This document shows, piece after piece, positions 49,868 through 60,547 of a DNA stretch of 64,000 nt. The stretch's first letter is position 1; each line of letters starts with the position of its first letter. The notes beneath the pieces were generated by a model that saw only the letters and a program-made list of their open reading frames with translations, was not told the origin of the DNA and did no database searches. Source of the stretch: a virus (lineage: Duplodnaviria > Caudoviricetes); the IMG/VR virus record IMGVR_UViG_3300016486_001578; one strand, given 5' to 3'. A program made the translations under genes and the position numbers.

Positions 49868-51322
49868 ATGCAGACATATAGTTTATACATAGGAACCGAT
49901 TTAGAATCAACTAGTTATGATTTATCTGATCAATCACAGTTTAATGAAGTCTTGGATAAATTACAAGATAACGAGGTAGGTTATATTGATCCATTTGATA
50001 TAAGAGATAGTATATTATCACTATGGAGTAATTGTGTCTTTAAAGAAACAAAATCTGGATCTGATTATTACATAGGAATAGATACAGGTAATCCGAGTGA
50101 TAGGGATTTTAAGAGTAAAATTCTAATAGGTAAAGGAAATTATTATGATGATTTTTTATATACTAGTGATATGGATAATAATGATGTTGATGTATATTTT
50201 ACAAATACAAAATTAGACACCGATAATAATAATGAATTTAAATTGAGTATATTATCTGGTGATAATAGTAGCCTATTTATAAATTCACCATATATATCAG
50301 CACAATTTGTGTCTGATGTTTCTAAAATATCATTTAATATAATAAATGAATATGGTAGTATAAACATAAAATCAGATAGCGGTACAGTTTCTTTAAATAA
50401 TATATTTATACCAACAATATTGGATAGCCAATCCAATGATATAGATGGCAAATTATTACAATTATCACCATCTGGTCTAGAGTGGGGAGAAGTTTCTTCT
50501 TTCTTAGGAAACACTGCTGGTACACAAAGTGATAGCCTAGATATCTATGGTTATGTTTATGTTAATGGTTATCCATTAGAGTTCACTGATGATAGAAAAG
50601 TATCAGCACCGGTTGGTAGTGTTTTGATGGGTGAATCTTTTGATAAATTACCATTAAATGAGATGCTAAAAAGGATAGTTTATTCTTATCAATCTCCTTT
50701 ATGTAGTATATCAATACTTCCTCCATATGATTCGGGTATTATAGAAGTTGGTACAACACCCACAATAGAAATATCATATAAAATAAATAAAAAAACACTA
50801 CCAACCACAACTACTGTTTTATATAATATGATACCAAGTTCTTATCCACCAATAACAAGTAATTCATTTGAAGAAATTAATGGTATTGCTAATGGGTTGT
50901 TGATACCATCTCCTGCTTTGCCAGGAACGCAAAGTTATGAGATATCAGTTAGTGATGGATTAGAGTCTAATTCTTTTGGTATTGATTTGTCTATTGTTTA
51001 TCCATTCTTTTATGGAGTTGGTATTAATAATAACCCAAATTATAGTGGTATGTCATTTCTGATAAAACTGATAGAACTACCTTCTAATAAATCAATTGAA
51101 ATTATAGGAAGTGGTAATATTTATATAATATACCCACAAGATTATGGGACCTTGGATAAAATAATAAATGATAGTTCTGTTGATGTTATTTCTGACTTTA
51201 CACTATCTAGTATAATATACTCATCACCAGATGGTAACTGGTCATCTAAACCTTATTATTTATATAAGTCTGATAACTTATTTGTGTTCAATTCTCCTGT
51301 TATATACAGTTTTGAGTTTTAA
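49868..51322 (+). CDS. Putative virion structural protein, paralog B
   Basis: Paralogous blocks with 48258-49865. Confidence 0.6.
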   Translation: MQTYSLYIGTDLESTSYDLSDQSQFNEVLDKLQDNEVGYIDPFDIRDSILSLWSNCVFKETKSGSDYYIGIDTGNPSDRDFKSKILIGKGNYYDDFLYTSDMDNNDVDVYFTNTKLDTDNNNEFKLSILSGDNSSLFINSPYISAQFVSDVSKISFNIINEYGSINIKSDSGTVSLNNIFIPTILDSQSNDIDGKLLQLSPSGLEWGEVSSFLGNTAGTQSDSLDIYGYVYVNGYPLEFTDDRKVSAPVGSVLMGESFDKLPLNEMLKRIVYSYQSPLCSISILPPYDSGIIEVGTTPTIEISYKINKKTLPTTTTVLYNMIPSSYPPITSNSFEEINGIANGLLIPSPALPGTQSYEISVSDGLESNSFGIDLSIVYPFFYGVGINNNPNYSGMSFLIKLIELPSNKSIEIIGSGNIYIIYPQDYGTLDKIINDSSVDVISDFTLSSIIYSSPDGNWSSKPYYLYKSDNLFVFNSPVIYSFEF

Positions 51323-51340
51323 AAAAATTATATATACATT

Positions 51341-52447
51341 ATGTCAATATCAATAATAGATAATTTTGAGCTAGGTGCCGATAAACCGATGGATAATAGA
51401 TTTGTGGTTGGCCCAGGTTTGAAATATGAAACAAAAGCCAAAATAACACATAAATACACTGGATTAAAAACATGGGATATTAATGATGGGTTAGGTTACC
51501 TATGGAATGGATCATCTTGGGAATTAGACCCTAGCTCTGAGACAATAGCCGTTGGTCCTGGATCAACTAGTAGTATAGCTAAATTTACATCAAGTGGTAA
51601 TATTGGTAATTCGATTATGGTAGAATCAAGTGGTAAAATAACAGTTAGTGGTATTTTACAAGCTTCTAATTTAGTTGGAGCCGGTTCTAATATTACGAAC
51701 ATAAATGCTAATAATATATCATCAGGTGTTTTGAGTCTTTCTAGAATACAAGGTTCCACTAATAGTATAGTCGTTAGTAATGGTGTTGGGTTGGCCTCTA
51801 GTTGGTTATATCTAGATGATGTAACTGTTGGTAATTCAAATAAAGTAGAAATAACTAATTCATCAACTGGTAACCACTACTTATTATCATCACTAAGTGA
51901 TGGTAGTCAAGGATTGTATAAGAATAATTCGCTTGTTTATAAGCCATTAACTGATAGTTTGATGCTTTGTAAAACATCAATTGGAACAGATGGAGTTGCT
52001 CCGGATTATGGGCTACTAGTTAGTGGTAATGTTGTTTTAAGTGGGTTGAATTCTTATACAGAATCATCAACACAATCTTTTACTTTAGTAACAGATGGTA
52101 CTGGTGATATAAAATTAGACACAGGAATAACAATTCCTTATATGGGAATAATTCTTTGGAATGATGATGACTTACCTAGAGGATTTGGTATATGTGATGG
52201 ATCAACTTATTTAACACCACTTGGTACTGCTTCTTCTCCGGATATGAGACAGAGATTTTTATTTGGTGCTGGTAACGCAGTGGATGTTAATACACCTGGG
52301 CCTGAGTCTGTTGGTGATGAAAATAGTTACTATGGTTTAACCGGAGTAAGTGCTAGTGGTGTCACTGCTAGTGGAATGACACATAGTTATAGGTCAATGC
52401 ATTACATAATGTATGTTGGTTACCCGATAATAGCAACTAGTAGATAA
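51341..52447 (+). CDS. Putative tail-fibre/baseplate protein with C-terminal collar-like domain
   Basis: IILW...LPRGFGICDG...PDMRQRFLFGAG...HYIM tail-collar pattern. Confidence 0.65.
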   Translation: MSISIIDNFELGADKPMDNRFVVGPGLKYETKAKITHKYTGLKTWDINDGLGYLWNGSSWELDPSSETIAVGPGSTSSIAKFTSSGNIGNSIMVESSGKITVSGILQASNLVGAGSNITNINANNISSGVLSLSRIQGSTNSIVVSNGVGLASSWLYLDDVTVGNSNKVEITNSSTGNHYLLSSLSDGSQGLYKNNSLVYKPLTDSLMLCKTSIGTDGVAPDYGLLVSGNVVLSGLNSYTESSTQSFTLVTDGTGDIKLDTGITIPYMGIILWNDDDLPRGFGICDGSTYLTPLGTASSPDMRQRFLFGAGNAVDVNTPGPESVGDENSYYGLTGVSASGVTASGMTHSYRSMHYIMYVGYPIIATSR

Positions 52448-53136
52448 TGAAAAAGAATAGATTAAAAAATAAATTAATATTAGAATTTACTGAGTTTAAT
52501 GCACAGAGAATGGGCGCAACTAATGCGGATCTTGGTGCTCCTAATGTTGACAACCCTGGTTTATCAACTAATGCTTTTGATAAACACCAAGATTCTATAA
52601 GACAAGCTACTTCAAAGATTAATGATATTTTATTCAACATGAGAGGATCATCGGCATATTCTGGACTTAGAAGTAAACTAACACTAGATGAGCAGGATAT
52701 ACAAGGCATTAAAATATTAAAGATAGTTAAGGATAGTGTACATTATGATTTTTATATAACTATAATGATACAAGATATAAATTATTGGGGAAAAGTAAGT
52801 GATATATTTAGTCATGATCCAAAATTTACTTGTGAGGTTTTCAGGGATAATGATTTATATCAACCAAGAGAATGGGTAATAAAAACCAAAGGGTTGGTCA
52901 TAAAAACTATAAAAGAATGGTTAAAACCCGAGCCTGGTATTTATAAATTATTAAATAAAGAAGCTATTTGTTATTCTGTGGATATAGGTAGTCAATTAAA
53001 AATGACTGAGGGCATTGAGATTGAGTTAATAAGATCACATGATTATAAAATAATAGTTAAATTCGAAAATAAATATTATAATCTAGTAGATGATAATTAT
53101 ATTTACTTTAATTGGTGGTTTGAAAAAATAAATTAA
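52447..53136 (+). CDS. Hypothetical protein
   Basis: ORF track. Confidence 0.6.
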   Translation: MKKNRLKNKLILEFTEFNAQRMGATNADLGAPNVDNPGLSTNAFDKHQDSIRQATSKINDILFNMRGSSAYSGLRSKLTLDEQDIQGIKILKIVKDSVHYDFYITIMIQDINYWGKVSDIFSHDPKFTCEVFRDNDLYQPREWVIKTKGLVIKTIKEWLKPEPGIYKLLNKEAICYSVDIGSQLKMTEGIEIELIRSHDYKIIVKFENKYYNLVDDNYIYFNWWFEKIN

Positions 53137-53140
53137 AATT

Positions 53141-53455
53141 ATGAGAATTAGAAAATTTAATGAATCAGAAGAAGTCGAATTATCACCAGAAAGACTAGGT
53201 GAGATTGTTGAGAGTTTAAGAGAATCACTTGACCTAATCGATAGTAACAACAAAAAAATGGATGCTTATTTAAATGAATTAAATAACTATAAAAATTCTT
53301 CTAAAAAAGGAAACGACCAAATCGACGATTCTATATCAGCATTACAAATAATAAAATCTAATTTAGTTGATTCTGTTGATAAAATAGACACAGTAATAGG
53401 TAATCTTATAAATTACGAAGAAGAAGGTCGTAAACATTTATATTCTGAAGATTAA
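53141..53455 (+). CDS. Coiled-coil protein with MRIRKFNES N-terminus
   Basis: ORF track. Confidence 0.6.
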   Translation: MRIRKFNESEEVELSPERLGEIVESLRESLDLIDSNNKKMDAYLNELNNYKNSSKKGNDQIDDSISALQIIKSNLVDSVDKIDTVIGNLINYEEEGRKHLYSED

Positions 53456-53998
53456 TTACTTATTAAACTTTAATTTGTAAATAGTTTTATAAATTAAACA
53501 AACTATATTATCCAATAAGCTATGTAGATGAGTATCTTCTAAACTTATACATTTTCTTGAATGTTTTACATAATCAGATAATTCCTCGAAATATACTATT
53601 GGTTCTTTTGACCTTGTTCCGGAGGTATCAATAATATCATAACCATCAACTATTCCGTGTTGTCCTTGATAAACCTCTATTAACTCATCAACCATCTCTA
53701 ATAAACTCTCGTAATATTCATTTAATGATATATGTTTAGAATATGAACCTTCATCACCACTTACTTGTAGGTGATATATATGTGCCATTTCTCTTGATTC
53801 AAATAATTTAGAGAATAATTTAACAACATCACTACATTCTTCTCCAACTATTGGTGATTCTTCTGTTTTAATCGGATAACTAGCACTTGGACCACCCACC
53901 GGCTCTTTAGTTTCATCAGTTTGAATTTCACCTATTACTAGGTCACTATCTTCGTTTATTTTATAAATACTTGGTTTTATGTTTGAAAATTTTTTCAT
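53456..53998 (-). CDS. Ferritin/Dps-like four-helix protein
   Basis: HIYHLQ...SYSKH..LNEYYE...DELIEVYQG...YKL pattern. Confidence 0.7.
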   Translation of the reverse strand: MKKFSNIKPSIYKINEDSDLVIGEIQTDETKEPVGGPSASYPIKTEESPIVGEECSDVVKLFSKLFESREMAHIYHLQVSGDEGSYSKHISLNEYYESLLEMVDELIEVYQGQHGIVDGYDIIDTSGTRSKEPIVYFEELSDYVKHSRKCISLEDTHLHSLLDNIVCLIYKTIYKLKFNK

Positions 53999-54376
53999 TT
54001 ATTCGTCTTTATTTTTTAATTGGTCTAAGAATTTAAATATCTCTATACCATCATATCCCAGGGTTCTCATATCCGAATACCAATCCATTTCATCTTGTTT
54101 ATTTGGAGATATATCACCAAACTTCTCTTTATATTTTGATTCAATGTCTATGATATCTAATGATTCTGATATTAATGATGGGTCTATTCTTTCGTCTGTC
54201 TCACTAATGTCTAATATAGAATAAACAAACATATCATCAACGGATGATAATATTGAGTCTGATTTATAACCAGCTTCGCCAGTATTTTCCGCTTTTATTA
54301 TTAATTCAACTTCAACTTTTATCTTATAGAAGCCTTGATTTTCCGCGGTCTCTAATTTTTCGGTAAATTTTATCAT
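53999..54376 (-). CDS. Hypothetical protein
   Basis: ORF track. Confidence 0.55.
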   Translation of the reverse strand: MIKFTEKLETAENQGFYKIKVEVELIIKAENTGEAGYKSDSILSSVDDMFVYSILDISETDERIDPSLISESLDIIDIESKYKEKFGDISPNKQDEMDWYSDMRTLGYDGIEIFKFLDQLKNKDE

Positions 54377-54447
54377 ATGTTATATATTAATAGTAAAAAA
54401 TAGACTTTGGTTTTTAATATATAAATCATAGAAAAAATATAAAATTT

Positions 54448-54702
54448 ATGAGATTTATCAAAAAATTTGAATCGTTTAGAGAATCTGTTACTTTGGCTGA
54501 GCCAAAAACACAACCAGGTACTAGTCCATCTCCAAAGACAAGACCAGGTACTAGACCAACTCCTAGGCCTAATAGACCTTCGCCAATAAGAAGAGATAGA
54601 CCAGCGGTTGAACCAGCACCAAAAGCAGAAGCAAAATTAAAAAAAGCAACAATTGAGAATGTAATTGAAAAATTTGCTAAATTAACAAAACAAGATATAT
54701 AA
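54448..54702 (+). CDS. Pro-rich small protein with MRFIKKFES N-terminus
   Basis: ORF with upstream TAATATATA. Confidence 0.6.
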   Translation: MRFIKKFESFRESVTLAEPKTQPGTSPSPKTRPGTRPTPRPNRPSPIRRDRPAVEPAPKAEAKLKKATIENVIEKFAKLTKQDI

Positions 54703-54706
54703 AAAT

Positions 54707-56139
54707 ATGAAAAATTTTAATAAGTTTTTAGAAGAAGTTTCGATAAAGGGTAATCCTGGTGTTCCCGGTGAGGGAGAAAATAAAGATGGTGATAAAGAAT
54801 ATTTATCTGATGTCGAAAAAAGAGCAAAGGATAGGTTAGGAATAACAAGACGAGATCACCCTCGTCAATATGGCCCCAGACTAATGCAATTGGTGGGACA
54901 ATCACAAAGATTGACTGCTGGAAAAGAAGAGGAATTAGAGAAGTTAGCACATGACATCATAGTTTCTAATTTTGGTGATATAATATTTGATGTTAAACTT
55001 GATATAAAATTAGTTAGGTCTGGTCAGGATGTTGCCGATTTTATGGAAGATGAGGGCGGAGGAGAACCAGAAGAACTTCCTGAGTTTGTTAATATAAAGG
55101 ATAATGAATTAATAAAGAGAATACATAAAGCTAAGTTAGGAAATAATATAATACAAGGTGAATCAAAAAATACAAAACATATACTACATAGTGATGAGGT
55201 AAAGGACGGATTGAAAGAAATATTTGGTGATGATAGTTATTCTATATTTTCTATGTGGGATGAGATAAGCAAATTGGCTGATAAAATGGATTGGTTAATA
55301 CCAATTGAAATAAAATCTGATATGATGGAGCAAGCACCAGAAGGAATGGCAGGTGCTGTTAATGTTGAGTGGGAACCAAAAGAAGAAAAAGAAGAGTCTG
55401 AGGATGAAGATGGTAATAAAGAAGGATCCGAAGAAGATTTTAATACTGAGGAACCTGATGAAATGGTTCCGGTAATAAAAGCAAGAGGTATTGATTTTCC
55501 TATGCTTTTACATGAGACTGTTAAAGGTATATATGAGCTTATTGCTTCTGTATCACAACCTGGTTTAGATGCTTCTGAGGAAGAAATAAAAAAGCACAAA
55601 CAGTTAAATTAAATGTTAGCTCATTTATGGACGAAGCAGAAGATTTTAGAACTGGTCCCGAAATAGCATCAGATTTTAGAGATTTTATAAATGAAAATCC
55701 AGATTCTTCATATAGTCCAAACATAAGAGCATTTGTTTTTGGTAAAATGATGGATGAGTCTTATATGAGCCCAGAAGAATTTTTAAAATTATTCAGAGGT
55801 ATATTAAATAAAAGTGACGAAGCTAGAAATAAAGTAGACTCTATTATAACAGAAATTGTTGATGAGTTGAAGAAATATGATCTTGGTGAGGTAATTGGCC
55901 ATGATGATGTTGATGATGAATTTGAATCTCCTGAGATCGATACAAAAGAAGAAACAGAAGTAGTTGACTATTCAGAATTGAGCCAAAGAAATTTACAAAA
56001 ATTAATTGATGATGCTTTAGATGATGGTGATTTCGATGAGGTTAAAAAATTAAGCGGTTATTTAACCGAGGGTAAAGAAATTTATCTAAAAGAATTAGAG
56101 TATATCAAAGAGGGATATAACTTACATACAAAAAAATAA
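54707..56139 (+). CDS. Acidic hypothetical protein (frameshift in A-run near 55590)
   Basis: Track ORFs 54707-55612 and 55627-56139 join across an A-run. Confidence 0.6.
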
Positions 56140-56148
56140 AATATTATA

Positions 56149-58173
56149 ATGAAATTAAGTAGATATGACAATTTTTCAAATCTAAATCCAATTAATGAGA
56201 ATTTAGCAAAATCAAAGAAATTTCTTAAGAATAGATATACTTTAAGAAAGGCTGCAGAAAATTTAGGAATAATTGATGATGATTTATCATATAAAATTAA
56301 AGAGGGTGATATAAAAACATTAAGACTTTCTGATTTCCCTAGTGATAAACAAGCGGAATTGAAGTCTAAGATGAATGAAATAAGATTATCAGATGATGAA
56401 GTTAGAAATATTGAAAGAGATGATGAATTTTTAAAAATAAGGGAAGTTTTAAATAGTAACCCTGGATATTTATACCCGTTTGTTTATATGTATTATGTTG
56501 AGAAGACACCATTGGATGAAATAGAATCATTATATAAAGAAGTATTGGAGCAAAAACCGATTTTGGATAGATTAGAGTCGGAAATAGGTAAAAAATTTGA
56601 TATAAATTTTATTGATACTACTCTACCCAATGAATCTGAACACAGGACCAATTCTGAGTTATTAGTAGATGGGTTGGAAAAATTAAAGGATTATAAAAAA
56701 GTTAAAAAAATATTAAACACACTAACATCAAAACTCAAAAGAGCATATAAGGATGCTTCTGAGATGGATAAAAATGGAATGGTGGAGATAGCGGTTGCTT
56801 TTGATGATATACCAGAAACCCCAACAAAAGAAAAAGGATCAGATGGTAATTTTATAACAAAGAAAGAGAGAATTTGGAAAAATTTCTTTGGTGAGATGAA
56901 GAAAGACACTGATCCTGTATTTCCTAATGGTGAACCAAATCCTAAATTTGGTAAAATGGTTTATAAATCTAGACTTAGAAGATATGAATCTATGTCTAAT
57001 CCAATTAGGGAGTTGGTTAGATCAGCAAAAGCACATTTAGATGCCTCTATGAGTGATGGATATAATGATATGTTAGAAAAAATTGAAAAATGTAATGATA
57101 AACTTGGTATCCTAGGATGTGAAGTCAAATTTAATGAGCGTTCAATTATGATATTACAAATAAATTCATATCAAGCTAATAGAGCATTAAACTCACACAC
57201 AAACCATTGTATTGTTAATTATAATAATTATTGGGATTCTTATTTGGGTGATTATAACAAACAATATTACCTTTATAACTTTAATGTTTCTACTATGGAT
57301 GATTTATCAACAATAGGTGTTACAATAAAACCCGATAGAACTTGGCCAAGTGGTGGGTGTCAAAGTATGAGAAATAATGGAATCGGTCCTAGATTTAAAA
57401 ATATATTAAAAAATTGGGAAAAAGAATACGCCATAGAAGTTGACTTATTCGATCAATTAGAACCAATGACAGATGAGGAAATAGAAAAAAGAAAAAGAGC
57501 AAAGTTAGCGGAGAGAGAAATAGTAAAACCAGGACTTAGTATTGACCTTATAAAGCAATATGTTACTGAAGATGGTGCTGATATAAATAAAGATAACGCA
57601 GCGGCTCTAACAAACGCTGTTAACGAAGATGATTATGAAAAAGTTAAATTCTGTTTAACGCTTGGTGCTAATCCAAACTTATCTAAAAAATCAGACTCTC
57701 CAATAGCTAAGGCAAAGAATTTAGATATGATCAAATTATTGGTTACTTATAATGCCGAGATGGTTGGTCAAGTATTTGAAAATATAGTAAATGATATTGA
57801 TGCTTTAGAATATTGTTTAAAAGCAGGACTTGATCCAGATTTTGCTCAGTCTTTGCCATTTAGAAAAATCGCTAAGGGTTCTTGGAAGAGTAGAACGGAT
57901 ACCGGAATTGGATTTTTAGAACCATTTAAATTATTATTAAAATATGGAGCAAGTATAAAAGACGAGAGAGACAGAGATATGATATTAAAATGGGCAGCCG
58001 AATATAATAGAATGAATATATTAGAATATTTATTTAATGACTATGGCTATAAACCTACTAAAGATGGATTAAACGCAGCACTTAATTGGATGGCACACTC
58101 TAGAAAAATGACGGATGAAGACAAAGAAGTTATGGTTAAATATTTAAAAGATAAGATAGCAGAAATAGAATAG
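56149..58173 (+). CDS. Protein with C-terminal ankyrin-like repeats
   Basis: GADIN...ALTNAV, LGANPN, LLKYGA and LKWAAEY repeats. Confidence 0.65.
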   Translation: MKLSRYDNFSNLNPINENLAKSKKFLKNRYTLRKAAENLGIIDDDLSYKIKEGDIKTLRLSDFPSDKQAELKSKMNEIRLSDDEVRNIERDDEFLKIREVLNSNPGYLYPFVYMYYVEKTPLDEIESLYKEVLEQKPILDRLESEIGKKFDINFIDTTLPNESEHRTNSELLVDGLEKLKDYKKVKKILNTLTSKLKRAYKDASEMDKNGMVEIAVAFDDIPETPTKEKGSDGNFITKKERIWKNFFGEMKKDTDPVFPNGEPNPKFGKMVYKSRLRRYESMSNPIRELVRSAKAHLDASMSDGYNDMLEKIEKCNDKLGILGCEVKFNERSIMILQINSYQANRALNSHTNHCIVNYNNYWDSYLGDYNKQYYLYNFNVSTMDDLSTIGVTIKPDRTWPSGGCQSMRNNGIGPRFKNILKNWEKEYAIEVDLFDQLEPMTDEEIEKRKRAKLAEREIVKPGLSIDLIKQYVTEDGADINKDNAAALTNAVNEDDYEKVKFCLTLGANPNLSKKSDSPIAKAKNLDMIKLLVTYNAEMVGQVFENIVNDIDALEYCLKAGLDPDFAQSLPFRKIAKGSWKSRTDTGIGFLEPFKLLLKYGASIKDERDRDMILKWAAEYNRMNILEYLFNDYGYKPTKDGLNAALNWMAHSRKMTDEDKEVMVKYLKDKIAEIE

Positions 58174-58226
58174 CAAATTCTATAATTTTGATTTTATACA
58201 TTGGTATATTATCAACTGAAGTAATA

Positions 58227-59417
58227 TCAGGTTTTATCTATAATAGAATTAAATACTGTATAATTTTTATTTATAATAAATAAAAAATTATATCCTAATT
58301 CTATACACTTTTTCTTTTTTTCTTGATTTTTTTCATAGTATTTATTATAATAATAGCTAGATTTTATCTCAATAATTAAATTAAATTTACCAATATAAAA
58401 ATCTGGAAAATATTTTTTATTATTTCCATAAAATTGATAATCTAAACAGGGGCCTCTCTCTATTTCATTTATTATGTTTATACTACTTGAATGATCTAAG
58501 AAGTCCTTTTCGTATGTTCCTTGGTAATATAAGTTATTATTATATTTTGATATTTTTCTTGAATTTTTTTGTTGTTTACTAAAAAACTCTAATACTTGCA
58601 TAGGGTATTCAACACCATATCTATCTAAATTGGTTTGTTTTAATCTATTTTTAGATTCATCGGTCATGGAGTTAGATATGTATCCATATTTTTTCAACAT
58701 GGATTTCACCTTCTTATCCTTTATAATTTTTGATTTATTTGGACTATCAAACCCATATTTATATAAACTAGTTATTTTTGATTTTTCTCTGAAATCATTA
58801 GTATTCATATATGAGTGTTTATTATATTTATTTATACATGTATTTCGTCTATTAATCTTTACCTTTTCGCTTTTCCTAGAATCCTCAACACCATATCTCT
58901 CTAAATTGGTTTTCTTAGTTTTCTCTATTGTTAATTTAGATTGTAGAGAACACACAACACCATATCTCTCTAAATTGGTTTTCTTAGTTTTCTCCATGTT
59001 GTTGTAATTCTCATCACCATATCTTTCTAATTTAGTCTTCTTGGTCTTTTTAATATTTTGGTAATTCTCATCACCATATCTTTCTAATTTAGTCTTCTTG
59101 GTCTTTTTAATATTTTGGTAATTCTCATCACCATATCTTTCTAATTTAGTCTTCTTATTTTTGAATACAGCACAACTATTTGAGCATGAATATATATTAT
59201 ATTTTTTTATATTTTTTATATAACTATTGAATTGTAATTTCTTTATATTACCGCATATATCACATTCTACATTTACTAATATATTAGAACCTAGCCATAA
59301 ATCATTAGTGCCTATTATTACTTTGTCGCCTATTTTGGATAATATATTAATTTTTTTTAATTTAGATATTGTTACTGATGACTTAACATGTATCTCAATC
59401 CTTTTATCTAATATCAT
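58227..59417 (-). CDS. Putative homing endonuclease with ERYG-type repeats and a PD-(D/E)xK domain
   Basis: CDIC...CSNSC; KTxLERYG repeats; YFPDFYI...IEIKS. Confidence 0.75.
   Translation of the reverse strand: MILDKRIEIHVKSSVTISKLKKINILSKIGDKVIIGTNDLWLGSNILVNVECDICGNIKKLQFNSYIKNIKKYNIYSCSNSCAVFKNKKTKLERYGDENYQNIKKTKKTKLERYGDENYQNIKKTKKTKLERYGDENYNNMEKTKKTNLERYGVVCSLQSKLTIEKTKKTNLERYGVEDSRKSEKVKINRRNTCINKYNKHSYMNTNDFREKSKITSLYKYGFDSPNKSKIIKDKKVKSMLKKYGYISNSMTDESKNRLKQTNLDRYGVEYPMQVLEFFSKQQKNSRKISKYNNNLYYQGTYEKDFLDHSSSINIINEIERGPCLDYQFYGNNKKYFPDFYIGKFNLIIEIKSSYYYNKYYEKNQEKKKKCIELGYNFLFIINKNYTVFNSIIDKT
59004..59157 (-). repeat. 57-bp tandem repeat (KKTKLERYGDENYQNIKKT), about 2.7 copies
   Basis: Near-identical nucleotide units. 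Confidence 0.8.
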
Positions 59418-60160
59418 TTCTCTATTTCTTTTATTTTTACTTTACAAGCAAAAATTGAATCTATTATATCTTCAATTGGGTTAGGTATACTTTTCCTATC
59501 TAATAAATGTATATAATCTTTAAGCATTTTATTTATTGGTGTTGATATATTTCCATCTAGTATAGCTTTATACATTTCATGCTTTTTGAATGATCCACCA
59601 GCCACACCATCATTATTCGTATAAATGAGTTTTGGCTTTCTTATACCAATATCTATTGGTTTATAAGATAGTTTACATGCCTCTAATTTCAGTGAACTTG
59701 GTGATATTATACTCATTTCTAATCTTGGTATATTTTTTAATAAATAAGATCTTATTAAAGTAGAAAATGATACTATATCTAATATAGATGATGTGTTTTT
59801 TGAAAAGGAATACCCCTCAATTTGACAATATGTATTTTCATTTATATTTATATATTTATTACATTTATCCAAAATCATGGTAGCTACTTCATCATAATGT
59901 CTCAATTTTATTACTTCATTTTCTGAATAATTTTTGGATTTCCGCCTATTTATGTGCTCAAATTCAACACCATGGTTATTTAATTCTTTTATGTAAACAT
60001 TATTATCTTTTTTGTTAGTAAATGATATAATTTTCATGCCCTTATCACTTTCTATATAAATAGCAGTACTATTTATACTTATATCAATTCCTATATAATT
60101 ATTCATAATTTTAATTTTTCTTTTATATATTAAATTTGAAATATTAAAATTATAGCACAA
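59414..60160 (-). CDS. RuvC-like (RNase H fold) nuclease/resolvase
   Basis: IGIDISINST, IEGYSF and EDIIDS acidic triad; probable start MNNYIGID. Confidence 0.7.
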   Translation of the reverse strand: MCYNFNISNLIYKRKIKIMNNYIGIDISINSTAIYIESDKGMKIISFTNKKDNNVYIKELNNHGVEFEHINRRKSKNYSENEVIKLRHYDEVATMILDKCNKYININENTYCQIEGYSFSKNTSSILDIVSFSTLIRSYLLKNIPRLEMSIISPSSLKLEACKLSYKPIDIGIRKPKLIYTNNDGVAGGSFKKHEMYKAILDGNISTPINKMLKDYIHLLDRKSIPNPIEDIIDSIFACKVKIKEIEK

Positions 60161-60325
60161 TTGTTGATGAATTAATTGATATACATAAAATAAAAAATCC
60201 CCTAATTTCTTAGAGGATTTCTTAGGGCTGATAAATCAACTACCACCACTTTGTTTTAAAAAACAAAGAAAAATAAATGCTAATTAATTAACATTCCTAT
60301 TTTATAGGATAAATATCTTGGAAGT

Positions 60326-60496
60326 TTATTTTTTGCTCTCTTCAACAGATGCTTGTCTATAAGGCGTTACTAATTTTTTAATTTCACCTAATGCTTTTCT
60401 AGCTCTCGTTCCTGCTACTTTAGTAGTTCCGTTATGGTTAGATTCGAATTCTTCCCATAGTTTGCTTAATTGTTCAAAGTTTTCTTGTGTTGTCAT
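60326..60496 (-). CDS. Histone H1-like (Hc1-type) small nucleoid protein, 56 aa
   Basis: MTTQENFEQL...KVAGTRARKALGEIKKLVTPYRQASV; below the ORF-track cutoff. Confidence 0.7.
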   Translation of the reverse strand: MTTQENFEQLSKLWEEFESNHNGTTKVAGTRARKALGEIKKLVTPYRQASVEESKK

Positions 60497-60547
60497 TTTA
60501 TTTTATTTTTTTTTTATAACCACTTTTGTGTGGTTTATTTGTTTTGA

